A stretch of 63,837 nt of DNA, counting the filler, from Octopus bimaculoides (Eukaryota): the NCBI RefSeq assembly GCF_001194135.2. It is 4 parts of 4 records of this genome, joined end to end, with 100 filler letters (N's around TTAATTAATTAA, not from the genome) between each part and the next. Parts side by side here need not be neighbours in the genome. Positions count along the whole stretch, not along the records: positions 1 to 30,144 come from NC_068983.1; 3 more parts are not named here. One strand, written 5' to 3'. The notes under the pieces were generated by a model. It was not told the origin of the DNA, searched no databases, and worked only from the letters and a program-made list of their open reading frames with translations. The position numbers and the translations under genes are program-made. Shown in pieces: positions 11,351 to 22,737 of this stretch. Within the stretch, counting starts at the first letter, position 1; every line of letters starts with the position of its first letter.

Positions 11351-14300
11351 TCTAATTAAAGCATTCAGCATTAAATGGTATATAGATGGATACAAGGGAA
11401 TAATTTCATAAGCTCTGCTGATAGCAAAGGTCATTAGAATGATGCTTGTGAGGTTTTTTGCCTGGGTTTTAGAATCATAAAAAAACATTGCTCTGTTTCC
11501 AGTTTCTTCGATTTCATAAACATTTTAGATGGTAGGATGGTCTTCGAAATAAATTCTTACTGTCTATTGTTGTAAATTGGTTGACCTTGAGGCATCTCTT
11601 TTACAAGCTTTGATATGTATCTACGTAGTTGAACAAATAAGAACTAGTCTTCCTTTATGAGGGAATGTTTGACACTAGAAATGTTGCCCAGCTGTAAAGA
11701 TAGATGATTTACTTAAAAATTCATGCTAGCATGAGCAATTAGATGTAAAAATAAACTAAAAAAAGGAAAAGAAAAAAAGAGTAAAAGCTGCATCTCTTTG
11801 TTTGACTGGCAGATTGAGTCTCTCACTCTCGTCCCTTATAAGGAGGTATACATTATAACTTCTGCTCTTAGCAAATAATGACAATATGGCCACTAGAGAG
11901 GGTTTTGAAAAATGAAACTAACAGACTAAGAAAACAAGACAAAGCAATGTATTTTAAATCTGATCCTAAGCAGCTCTTAGCCTAAGTATGAATGCTGATA
12001 TATAGCCTTCTTCCTGGCAATATCAGTTACCTTTATTTATTTTGTATGGATGTGTTTATAATTAAACTAGTTTACTCTGTACCTCCTTCCCCTTCATGCT
12101 ACTACCCTCTCTTCCCCCCTCCCACAAAGAAAGAGAGAGGGAGAGAAGGGGAGGCTGTAGGTATGGAGAGAAGAACAAAATATTAATAATGCTAAGTATT
12201 TGTTTCTGTTTGGGTCAATGATATCTTATCAGTGTTTGCTTTTGTTAAGGTAATCTCTGCTACAGCTTACCTGTGTGTCCTTGAGCAAATTCCATTCACT
12301 TGATGATAACTGGTGAATTTATTGAAAAATTGTAGCAATAAACTGGGATTGATGTCTAAAAAATGATGTGTTATAAATTTTGTGCGGGCATGCATGCATG
12401 TGGAGGGAGGCAGTACCCATGGCTCTTTACGGAGCTTCTGAGACTGATCGGAGAGAAGGAGATATTCTTGAACTAGTACCCTAGCCTAAATTCTCACAAC
12501 AAAGTGTATTCGCACTAAGGGCACTGAAGGACCAAGTGACAGTGTTGATTAACCGTGTAATGGATTAAACCTTTATTCCGGCCATAATATTCTACCTGTT
12601 CTACGTCCAATCTAACTAGATCAGGCCTCTCACACCTATACTACAATGTCATTCTAAAAATAAACAATCCCATCATTGAAATCTCAAATCAACTAGATAA
12701 TGTTTAATTAATTTAAAACAATGTGAATAAATAAGGATTACATCTGACAAAGAAATTTGAATGTTAAAGGGTTAAGTTAGTCATGGGCAACTTGTGTGTA
12801 AAAAAGAATTAAGATATTTTATGCATTGTAGAAATATATGCAATTTATTACACATAAATTTTAACAACAAAATCTTATATGGACCCCCAAAGGTCATATA
12901 AACACCAGTTGAGACCCTCTGTTCTAGTGGTTCACCATGTCCACATTACTAGACTGGTATTTTTCTATCTCCTGCCCCACTCTCCAGAAGGATGAAAGGC
13001 AAAGTTGACCTCAACAGGATTTGACTTCAGCACATAAGCACCTGAAATAAACACTACAAAGTATTTTGTATATGTGTTGTGCGTGTATGAATGATTGTTT
13101 GTTTTTTTTTCTTCCATACTTGTGTAGGTGGGATATTTTTTTTTAGTATGTTTTGTTTAGGCAGTTATGTTTTGTTTTCTTCTTTACATAATTGCTAGGC
13201 ACTTGACCATTAATTAAGTAGTTGAATAATTATTTTGTTCAAACTAATCTGAAGTAGACCAACATGTTAGTTGGTCATTGTGGTCAGCCTAGGCTTTGTG
13301 GTTACTCTGACTAAAGGGCAGGTAGTTCACAGTAACCTGGTTCAATGGTGTTAGTGCAGTTCAGTCTGTTGTTTTGGTTCTGCTTCCATACCTACCCACA
13401 TCATCATCATCATTAATTTTTCCTTAATTGGTGCAGGTGTGGCTGTGGGTTAGAAATTTTGTTTCTAAACAACACGGTTCTGGGTTCAGTCCCACTCTGT
13501 GGCACTTTGGGCAAGTGTCTTCTACAGTGTCTCAGGGCTGACTGAAGTTTTGTGAGTGGATTTCGTAGACAAAAGCTGAAACAAGCCTGTCATGCACATT
13601 ATCTATCTATCTATCTAGCTGTCTGCCTGCCTATCTTATTCTCTATCTATCTAGCTCTCTATCTAAAATGATGATATTAAACCATTGATAAATTTTATGA
13701 AGAGATGAGGTGTGCTGGATGTAGATATCCTTATCTGCTGGTGGTGAAAGGCATCCATGGAAAGGAAAGTTCAGTGAAGAAATGGTGGTAGAGGAGGAGG
13801 GGAGAAAGAAGTGAGGAGCTCATATCACTGATGTGACTGTCATATTTCATAGGAGAGCTTTGTAGAAGATGTAGACAAAGTGGTAGCACGCTGTCTAACA
13901 AACTGTCCACCTCATAAGAAAATCAGGGAGAAAAACTGATGTTATAATATTATAATGGTGATGTTGGAGACAAAACAAGACAAGAAAATATGAAGAGAAA
14001 AAAAAAACTTGTTGGGCCTCAGTGTATCAGAGTTGGATAATGACTCTTTAATTCTAGTTATGCATAAAAGTTGAAATATGGGTAAAATTTTTATCAGAAT
14101 TTCAGAGATGTACTTGTCTTGCGAATGATTTTGATCTGAGACTGAATTGAAAGTAAAGCAATTGCAGAACAAATGTCACATATTAACCATTCAAAAACTC
14201 ACACAAACTGTTAACTTCACTGAATCATTTATTTTTTGGTGTCCAAATTTTTGTTGCACTAACTGTGACCTGGTCACTGAAACAATTCTATTATTGTAGT

Positions 14301-14582
14301 GGATGACTAATAAGTTTTTTAATGGTTTAGTATCTTCTATGCTGTAATTGTTTTATCAGAGATCCTGCCACTTTATTTTCACTTTCTCCTTTAACACTTT
14401 AGCATTTGAACCAGTCATATCTGGCCAAAATATTCTACCTATTACATGTTCAAACTGACCAGATCTAGCCTCTCACATGTACCCTAAAATGTCATTTTAA
14501 AGAATAAAAAGTTTTGAATGGTACAACAATGCACTATAATACAAAAAATGGACTATATACTTGTAATTTAGTTATCTATAGT

Positions 14583-14620
14583 CTGATGATATTTCGGAAT
14601 ACAATTCCTTCTTCAGATAT
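14583..14620 (-). ncRNA. Minimal hammerhead motif with weak stem I
   Basis: The minus strand reads AT-CTGAAGA-A-GGAAT/TGT/ATTCC-GAA-ATAT-C-AT. The core is canonical and stem II has 5 bp, but stem I has only 2 bp. Confidence 0.5.
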
Positions 14621-15575
14621 TCTTAGATGGAGTCGCTGCTATAATCTGTTTTCCAACGGCTTTTCTTTTTTTTGTTTCCCCCTGAAAGTGTCTCAGTAGT
14701 GGTCTCACGAAGCTCCTTCGGGAATTCCTCATGAGAAGTGAGTGAGGTCGGCTATGTTTCAATCTCGTGTGTGTTGGTATATCTGTAGCGCTGCTTCTAA
14801 GTTATGTCTTATACGTGCAGCTTCTCTTTTTTGTTGTTGTAAACAAGAATTAACCTACACATGTCCAAATGTAGCTAAATAATATATTGATTACCAATCT
14901 CCAGCCTGTTGTTAATTTGGGGTCCTAGTCTGTGTATGAGTAATGCTTCCTTAATTCTTAAATTACCCAAATTTCTTTCATTGTCCTCAATTGTGACTGT
15001 TATGCTTTTATCATTTTAAAAATATAATCAAAATCTCAAAGCTATGAGCCTATACATGGTGAATTCTAAACACTGTGAATAAATAAACATTATATTTGAC
15101 AGAATAATGTAAATACTAAAGGGTTAATTGTGAATAAACAAGTAGTTTGTCTGTAACAAGAATCTGCTCTTCCCCAGCTTTTTCTCTCACACCCTATCCC
15201 ACCTTTAAGGTAAAAGGACTCGCCACACGTTCTTGGGTTTTATAAAGTATTGTAAGTTGTACAGTGACTTCGTTAGTGCTGGTGGCATGAAAAAGAAAAG
15301 GCTTCCAGTACATACTGTAAAGTGGTTGGCATTGGGAAGGACATCCAGTGATAGAAACCATTCCAAAGCAAACCTTGGAACACAATGTAGTACTTAGACC
15401 CACTGGATCCTTGTCAAATTATCCAATCCTTGCCAGCATGGAACACGGATGTTAAATGATGATGGTATGAGGCCATTGTATATTGTTTGTTTAAAAATTA
15501 CATCAATTTAATTAACATGCTTATTTTTTTTGTTTTTTTGTCTTTTAATCTTTCTATTTTTAATTTCTTCTTCAG

Positions 15576-16154
15576 GTTGCTGAGCTGAAGCGTGTGAATC
15601 ATCTTATTCGCGACCAGGATCTCTTTGGAAGAAAATTAGTTAAAGTCCCTATCAGAAAATATGGCCATATCACCGAGGTCCACAGTGACTTACTGATCAC
15701 AGATTCAAGCACATTAGACTCGACATTACACAATGCCCGAACGGGCCTTGTTGACTGCTCCGATGAGATGGCAGCGGGAGCATTAAACAGTGTAGACAAT
15801 GAGAGTTGCAATCTCAGTGATCCGGACATGCAACGTAAGATAATTCAGAGCCTTAGCATCAAAGACATGATACATTCACAGACAAAAGAGGCTGAAGAAT
15901 TCCTACGTAGCATGGACCGTGACTTGGAAGTGATCCGGAACTCAACGAAGACAAGCTGTCAGTCTCTAAATGAGGTGATATCCGTTTTGACCAACAAATC
16001 AATTCAGCCCCTTCAGAAACCCAATAACATTTGGAGTTGTTCGGAAGAAGGTTGTGGACTTCGCTACAAAACTATAGTTGCTGCTGTTGTATTCATAGGA
16101 ATAGTTGTTCCTATTTTTATAATTATATATTTTAAATATTATAAACCTGACTAA
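15576..16154 (+). CDS. LYSMD3: Terminal coding exon of a LysM-domain, C-terminally membrane-anchored protein (LYSMD3/LYSMD4 family)
   Basis: Long polypyrimidine tract ending ttcttcag| at 15575. The exon opens in phase 0 as VAELKRVNHLIRDQDLFGRKLVKVPI, matching the second half of the LYSMD3/4 LysM domain (VADIKRVNNL..DQDFF.L..IKIPV). It continues through a coiled-coil-like EAEEFLRSMDRDL segment and a hydrophobic helix TIVAAVVFIGIVVPIFIIIYF to TAA at 16152-16154. The upstream LysM exon was not found in the window. Confidence 0.9.
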   Translation, partial: VAELKRVNHLIRDQDLFGRKLVKVPIRKYGHITEVHSDLLITDSSTLDSTLHNARTGLVDCSDEMAAGALNSVDNESCNLSDPDMQRKIIQSLSIKDMIHSQTKEAEEFLRSMDRDLEVIRNSTKTSCQSLNEVISVLTNKSIQPLQKPNNIWSCSEEGCGLRYKTIVAAVVFIGIVVPIFIIIYFKYYKPD

Positions 16155-17121
16155 ACTTTCTTATCTTGTTATGTCTTCATCATCATAACCATTGTAATGA
16201 TAAGAAGAATCATCATCACCATCTTTGTTGTTGTTGTTGTTACCTCTACAACTACTAATAACATTTCTGTTAAATACAATCTTTCTCTTTTCTTCATCAT
16301 AATCATCAACATTATCATTTTCATTAATATTTTTAACATTTCACCTCATCGATATCATCTCCATTATAAACATTATTTAATTCATTCTCTAAACTCCCAC
16401 CTTTCTCTCTCTCTCTCTCTCTCTCTTCTACAGCTTTTGGGTTACTTGTATAATATACATACACACACACACACACACAAAAAAAAACAAATTAAACCCC
16501 AAAGACAATAAAAACATGACAAAAAAGCCACAAAAAATATGTAAAAAAAAAAGTAATGGGTTTGTAATTGAAGGGAAGAACTAAATGAATAAGAAAAAAG
16601 GAATTCTTTTTTGTTTTTTCCCAGAGTACTTCAGTCCTTCCATAATTCTCTCCTTTCTGGTTCGTGAATTCTCCAAGAATCTCCCATTTTAGTTCTGTTA
16701 AACTGCTCGACTTTTATAATCTGATTACTGCTGAAACTTATTGCCAAAATAGTTTATACATATGTAGGGTTGAAATACTAATTATTCACACACATACACA
16801 TGCATATACATACATACACATAAACACATTACATATGTATTGTGTATATTCACAATACATATATATTGATATATATTAAATATATAATGTATATTTATGT
16901 ATGGGAAAAAATTAGTGTATGTATGTGTGTTTGTAATATATATAAATAAAACAATGTATGTATATGTGTGTGTATGTGTATAATTATGTGTGTGTGTATG
17001 TAATATATATATAAATAAAACAATGTGTGTATATGTGTGTGTATGTGTATAGTTATGTGTATATGTGTGTGTGTGTGTATGTACATATATTTATATGTAT
17101 GTATGTACGTATGTATGCATA

Positions 17122-17339
17122 TATGAGCGGGTGCTGAAAAGTTACTGGTTTTTAGGGGTATCGTGAAAGGTTTGAGCCCTAAACTTCCAAGTTCTTTTAC
17201 TGGGCTTAGAAAAACTGAAGGATTGCTGCAATAAATGTTTGAATTGGAGAGGGGAATATGTTGAATAAAATTACAATTAACTGATCCTCATGTATTTTCT
17301 TTTTATCCAAAACCAGGAACTTTTCAGCATTCCCTCTTA
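17122..17339 (+). mobile_element. Mariner MITE in the LysM 3' UTR region
   Basis: TIRs TATGAGCGGGTGCTGAAAAGTTACTGG / TAAGAGGGAATGCTGAAAAGTTCCTGG; the interior retains the transposase end KLKDCCNKCLNWRGEYVE*. Confidence 0.8.
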
Positions 17340-17685
17340 TATAATTTAAACTATAAGTATATCAAACATCATACAACATAAATTCTTGATCACACACACA
17401 CACACACACACATATATCTATGTATTAGATATGTATGAGAGTGGTTAGTTGTCTTTATGAAGCTGTATGTGTTTTCAAGTCTAATATTACATTGCTATGT
17501 ATGTGTATATTACCCATTCTAATATGTACACACACACACACGTATACTTGTGTTTTCATGTAATGTAAATCTGTTATGTGAACGTGTGTATGGTAAATAA
17601 GTTAATGTTAACCCAGTTCTATATACTTGTCTTGTATTTTAAGGAATCAGTTTTTAACACAAATGGGAGCTAAACATATGAGAGG

Positions 17686-17691
17686 AATAAA
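17686..17691 (+). terminator. Candidate polyadenylation signal of the LysM gene
   Basis: AATAAA followed about 35 nt later by a T/GT-rich stretch, 1.5 kb after the stop codon. An alternative AATAAA lies near 16507. Confidence 0.3.
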
Positions 17692-17961
17692 CATTTATAA
17701 ACACTTCATTTTTTCAGATAATTGAGGTCGTCTTTTATCTTTTGTTTCATTTGTTGAACTGTGGCCCCAATGCTGGGGCACTGCCATGAAGGGGCTCGTC
17801 AAACAAATTGAACTCAGTGATTGGTTTTAAGCCTGGTTCTTATTATATTGATGTCTTTTGCTTGACAGCTAAGTTACAAGGATGTAAACAAACCAACACC
17901 GGTTGTCAAGCAGTGATGGGGACAAACACAAAGGCACACACACACATATATATATACATAC

Positions 17962-18405
17962 ACCTGGGATGAGGTGGTGAAGCACGACCTTCGAACATTA
18001 GGCCTCACCGAAGTAATGACTTCTGACCGAGACCTTTGGAAATATGCTGTGTATGAGAAGACCCGGCAAGCCAAGTGAGACCATAACCTGTGGCCTTTGC
18101 CAGGGGTGTAGCCAGCCNNNNNNNNNNCCGGCAAGCCAAGTGAGACCATAACCTGTGGCCTTTGCCAGGGGTGTAGCCAGCCCACTTATGCATACCTTTC
18201 CTTCATTGGACACTAAACTCTGCTTGCGAAGACCTGTTGAGGCAAGTGAAATTGAAATCGAACCAAATTCGATGACTGGCACCTGTGCCAGTGGAGCGCT
18301 AACGGTACCATCCAGAGCAGCTATCTGGCTTCCGTGCCGGTGGCACATAAAAAGCACCATTTGAGCGTGATCGTTACCAGCATCACCTTACTGGCACCTG
18401 TTTTA
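17962..18405 (+). mobile_element. RTE-clade LINE 3' end (ORF C-terminus plus 3' UTR with GTGCC-hairpin units)
   Basis: TWDEVVKHDLRTLGLTEVMTSDRDLWKYAVYEKTRQAK* (stop 18076-18078), followed by TGGCACCTGTGCCAGTGG units like those of the dispersed GAT-tailed repeats. Confidence 0.75.
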
Positions 18406-19113
18406 CTCAGATGGACCCCCCCCCCNNNNNNNNNNNNNNNNNNNNNNNNNNATAGCCATTTGATATTTTAAAAAATCCTATCATATTTTGATAATTAAAT
18501 ATTATTAGGAATATATTCTTTTCTTAATTTTTATTTTTATTTCACTTGTTTCAGTCATTTGACTGCAGCCATACTGGAGCACCACCTTGAAGGATTTTAG
18601 TTGGATAAATTGAGCCTAGGTCTTATTTTTTAAACCTAATACTTATTCTATCAGTTTCCTTTTGCTGAATGGCTAAGTTACAGTTACGTAAACACAGCAA
18701 CACTGGTTGTCAAGCGGTAATGGGGGGACAAGGACATGGACACACACACACACACATATGATGGGCTTCTTTCAGTTTCCGTCTACCAAATCCACTCACA
18801 AGACTTTGGTTGGTCTAAGGCTATAGTAGAAGGCTATAGCAGAAGACACTTTTGTGTATTGCAGAAGTATAACCAATTTATTTCACAAAAAAAATCTTAT
18901 AAAAACCCCCAAAGGTCACGTGGACCCAGATTTGGGAACCGAGGATCTATGTGTTTGTTTGATTCTGTGTTTTGTTTTCTGTGAACTTGAGGAGATATAC
19001 TGTTTCCTTACTTGAGCGTTGCAGAGATATAGAGGCAACATCTAAACACATTGATTCAAGGTTTGTAGGCATGTGGTACTTTGTTATGCAAACACAATAT
19101 AACATATGAAGTG

Positions 19114-19324
19114 TACAGGGTGTCCACAAAGTCTGGGTACATGCGGATTAACACATACTTTAAGAAATTATTTTTTATATTTAATTGTTTGTTATGATTT
19201 TATTTACTCCATATACCCATACGGGGATTAACACATACTTTAAGAAATTATTATTTCTTATATTTAATTGTTCATGTTATGATTTTATTTACTTCATGTA
19301 ACCAGACTTTGTGGACACCCTGTA
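19114..19324. mobile_element. Tc1-type MITE with an internal ~80-bp tandem duplication
   Basis: TIRs TACAGGGTGTCCACAAAGTCTGG(G/T)TACATG at both ends with TA termini; the internal unit repeats at 19145 and 19225. Confidence 0.9.
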
Positions 19325-19459
19325 TTATGTTTTTATAAGTCAGTACCACGTTCTACCGTGTCAGCAGTGCTTGTTACATTATTTTAAAGGTTGTTTTTAC
19401 AGGTATTCTATAGAAACTTTAGCCATCACTGATTTTGTTATGAGACGTCAGGTGTAAAC

Positions 19460-19573
19460 AAGCAATGAGATTGGAGACAAAAGTGGGTAATGAGTGTATA
19501 TGCCATACTTCGGGGGTTGTTGCCCCTTCATCAGCACACATCTAACCCACTTCTGTCTCTGAAAACATTGCTT
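19460..19573 (-). ncRNA. Type I hammerhead ribozyme motif with extended stem I (one core substitution, A15.1G)
   Basis: The minus strand reads CUGAUGA(19534-19528)-A-GGGG/CAACAAC/CCCC-GAA-G-UAUG(G)CAUA-U-A. It is flanked by a 7-bp, a 15-bp and an 8-bp helix. Predicted cleavage is between 19497 and 19496. Confidence 0.75.
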
Positions 19574-19715
19574 ATAGAGCCACTGCATACAGTGGTGCTA
19601 AGTTATTCTCTCTGATCTCATTGTTTGTTTACATTTGACATCTCTATATGAAATGTTGTAGCAAAAACTAGTGATAGCTCCAATTTATATAGAATATCTG
19701 TAAAAACAACCTTAA

Positions 19716-19933
19716 CCCTTTAATGTTCACATTACTGTTAAATGTAATACTTTTTCACTCAAATTGTTTTGAATTAATTATGCATTATCTCATAGCTTTG
19801 AGGTTTCAATGGTGTGATTATTTATTTTTAGAATGTCATTGTCGGTTAGGTGTGAGAGGCTAGATATGGCTAGTTCAAATATAAAACATGTAGAATATTT
19901 GGGCCAGATATGGCCTGTTTAAACACCAAAGGG
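19716..19933. mobile_element. piggyBac-type MITE
   Basis: TTAA|CCCTTT...AAAGGG|TTAA (TSDs at 19712-19715 and 19934-19937). Partial copies lie at 7232-8030, 8700-8850, 12570-12780, 14390-14520 and 14990-15128. Confidence 0.8.
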
Positions 19934-20419
19934 TTAAAAATAACATACATTGATATAATATTCATGTGTATACAAGAATGTTCATATATGCTTATGTGTG
20001 CATGCATCAACTGAATTGAGAATTGCAGTAGAATTGATAAAGAAATACTTGTATGTGTGTCATTGCGTATGTTTGCAGGTTATGTATCCATTAGTGGCTT
20101 TTATTTGTTCAATCAACTGAAAAAGAGAATTGAAACTGAGTCACCAACCTTGAACTAATAAGTAAATCCTGTAAATCTTTACAGCATGTATTAAATACAT
20201 TTTCTCTACTTAATATATCAAACATATATAAAAATATTCGCACACGTACAAGGTATGGCTTTGTAGTTACGAGGTTTCAGCTTCAGTCCACTATAGTCCC
20301 TTGTTGAACAAAGCCTTGTGAGTGGATTTGGTAGACGAAAACTGATAGAAGCCTATTGTATATATGTGTGTGTTTGTCTCTCTTTGTCTTGCCATCGTGT
20401 GATAGTTGTAAATGAGTTT

Positions 20420-20690
20420 CACTGTTGGGCCTCACAGAAGCAAAATGGCTGAGTTTCGAGTGTTGAAGCCTCATGGAGGCAAAATGCCTGAATTTCTTTC
20501 GAGCGTTGAAGCCTCACGGAGGCAATGACTGAGACCTTTGGCATCATGTCGTGCTTGAGAAGAAGACTCATCAAGCCAAGCAAAATCGCAGTCATGGCAG
20601 ATACCAGTGTCACACAAATTGGCACCTATGCTGGTGACACGTAAAGGCACCCCAGTGTCATGCAAATGCAGACCACCACTTTGAGTAGCA
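20420..20690 (+). mobile_element. Related RTE 3'-end fragment with internal ~44-bp tandem units
   Basis: Nucleotide similarity to 17990-18090 (cctcacggaggcaatgac..gagacctttgg..gagaag..caagccaag). Confidence 0.55.
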
Positions 20691-21059
20691 CTGCCCTTGT
20701 GAACAGCTAATACAAGGGAGATAATCACAGACACACATTTATATATGACAGGTTTCTTTCCGCTCTTGTCTACCAAATTCACTCACAAGGCTTTGGTTGG
20801 CCTGAGGCTATAGTAGAATAACACTAACTAATTCGAAAACCTTAACATGCTGCACATATTCTTACCAAGATATATATAAAACTTACCAAACACCTTTTTG
20901 CTGAGAGTGGTGCAACTGTTGAGCATGATTATACATGGTTATACAACAAAAAATTGATGTTTTAAAAGTAGATAACCTTAACAAGTGATTTAATTGCATT
21001 ACTAACAAAGTAGAACACAGTATTGACTAATAAAGCATTTAATATATTTTGTAGTATAA

Positions 21060-21935
21060 GGTGGTGAGCTGGCAGAAATGTTAGCATGCCGGGCGAAATG
21101 CTTAACGGTATTTCGTTTGCCACTACGTTTTGAGTTCAAATTCCGCCAAGGTTGTCTTTGTCTTGCATCCTTTCAGGGTCAATAAATTAAGTACTAGTTG
21201 CATACTAGGGTCGATCTAATCAACTAGCCCCCTCCCCCGAAATTTTGGACCTTGTGCCTTGAGTAGAAAAGAATATTTAAATGTGGCGAGCTGGCAGAAA
21301 CGTTAGCATGCTGGGCGAAATGCTTAGCAGTATTTCGTCTGCTGTTACGTTCTGAGTTCAAATTACGCCGAGGTCGACTTTGCCTTTCATCCTTTCGGGG
21401 TCGATAAATTAAATACCAGTTATGCAATGGTGTCTATGTAATCGACTTAATCCCTTTGTCTGTCCTTGTTTGTCCCCTCTATGTTTAGCCCCTTGTGGGC
21501 AGTAAAGAAATAAGAAACGTTAGCACGCCAGGCGAAATGCCTAGCAGTGTTTCATCTGCTGCTATGCTATGAGTTCAAATTCTGCTGAGGTTGACTTTGC
21601 TTTCATCCTTTCAGGGTTGATAAATTAAATACCAGTTGCATACTGGGGTTGATCTAATCAACTAGCCCCCTTCCCCGAAATTTTGGACCTTGTGCCTTGA
21701 GTAGAAAAGAATATTTAAAGGTGGCGAGCTGGCAGAAACGTTAGCATGCTGGGCAAAATGCTTAGTGGTATTTTGTCTGTCTTTATGTTCTGAGTTCAAA
21801 TTCCACCGAGGTTGACTTTGCCTTTTATCCTTTTGGGGTCGATAAATTAAGTACCAGTTGTGTACTGGGGTCGATCTAATCGGTTGGCCCCCCTTCCCCA
21901 AAATTTCGGGTTTTGTGCCTAGAGTAGAAAAGAAT
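21060..21935 (+). mobile_element. Four head-to-tail copies of a tRNA-derived SINE (family A, GGCGGCGAGCTGGCAGAA head)
   Basis: Copies start at about 21060, 21283, 21513 and 21720. Each has a B-box GAGTTCAAATT and the GTCGACTTTGCCTTTCATCCTTTCGGGGTCGATAAATTAAGTACCAG core, with two alternative tails. Confidence 0.9.
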
Positions 21936-22737
21936 ATATTTTAAGTGAAGAAAATGATTTTCAAATGAAAATAGAAACTGCGCAGCAAAGGAGAATATCC
22001 AAGTTGAAACTCTTGTTGTATGGAAATTATCACTTGAAACTGAAATTTTATGAAGTTAATATTTTGGAGTTTCCAGGCCAAAAAGCATAGAGATTGCAGA
22101 GCCAAAACATTTTAGACTACTGCTTGGTTTCCATGACTATTGCTTTTTAGGAAATAAAACGAAGGGTCTGAAACAGGTATGGGTCCCATAGCTAGGTCCT
22201 ATATGAAGTGGGGTCAGCCAGTACAATGGTCCAGGATATTGAGAACCAAAGAAGTGCCCTTAGTTATCTTCCAGGCTCATTCCCCAAATAGATAAATAAA
22301 AAATCATTCTTAACTCTCTTAGAATCTGACAAGACTCATTCCCTGTTCTGGTGCATGAAACTAGCCTTGTTCCAACTGGCTAAATTTTCTTCAGAGGCTC
22401 TAATCACAACTATCATTTTTCTTTTCTTCTAAAGCCAATAGCTTTCATCTCTCTTTATTGGCTACTGCAACTAACAATCGATTCGGAAATAAGCCAACGA
22501 TAGAGCCTTTATGTGATCACTTATGTTAGACATAGCAGCAAAATCTCCCTCAAGTCATAACTTAAAATCTTAAACAGGAAGAAGGCATTAGGTAATGTGG
22601 CCCTAAACACACAATCTGACAAAAAAATTATGGGTTAGTCACAGCTGAAATGCCTTTTACTCATAGATCTATATAATCAGAACTGACATGGGATAAAAAA
22701 TTATGTTTATCAGGAAATACAGGCCCTTCAATTTTTA

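Noticed and set aside
12385-12570. GC-richer island checked for HDV-like, twister or hammerhead folds
   Set aside because: I could not find the conserved cores or nested pseudoknot pairings by eye.
18068-18177. Direct repeats flanking 10-N gaps (also about 22855-22967 and 35228-35356) and the 59328-59455/60442-60565 duplication
   Set aside because: Near-identical sequence on both sides of a gap is typical of unmerged contig overlaps.
20079-20158. Plus-strand putative last exon GYVSISGFYLFNQLKKRIETESPTLN*
   Set aside because: The polypyrimidine tract is weak, it needs a phase-1 partner that was not found, and the family is not recognised.
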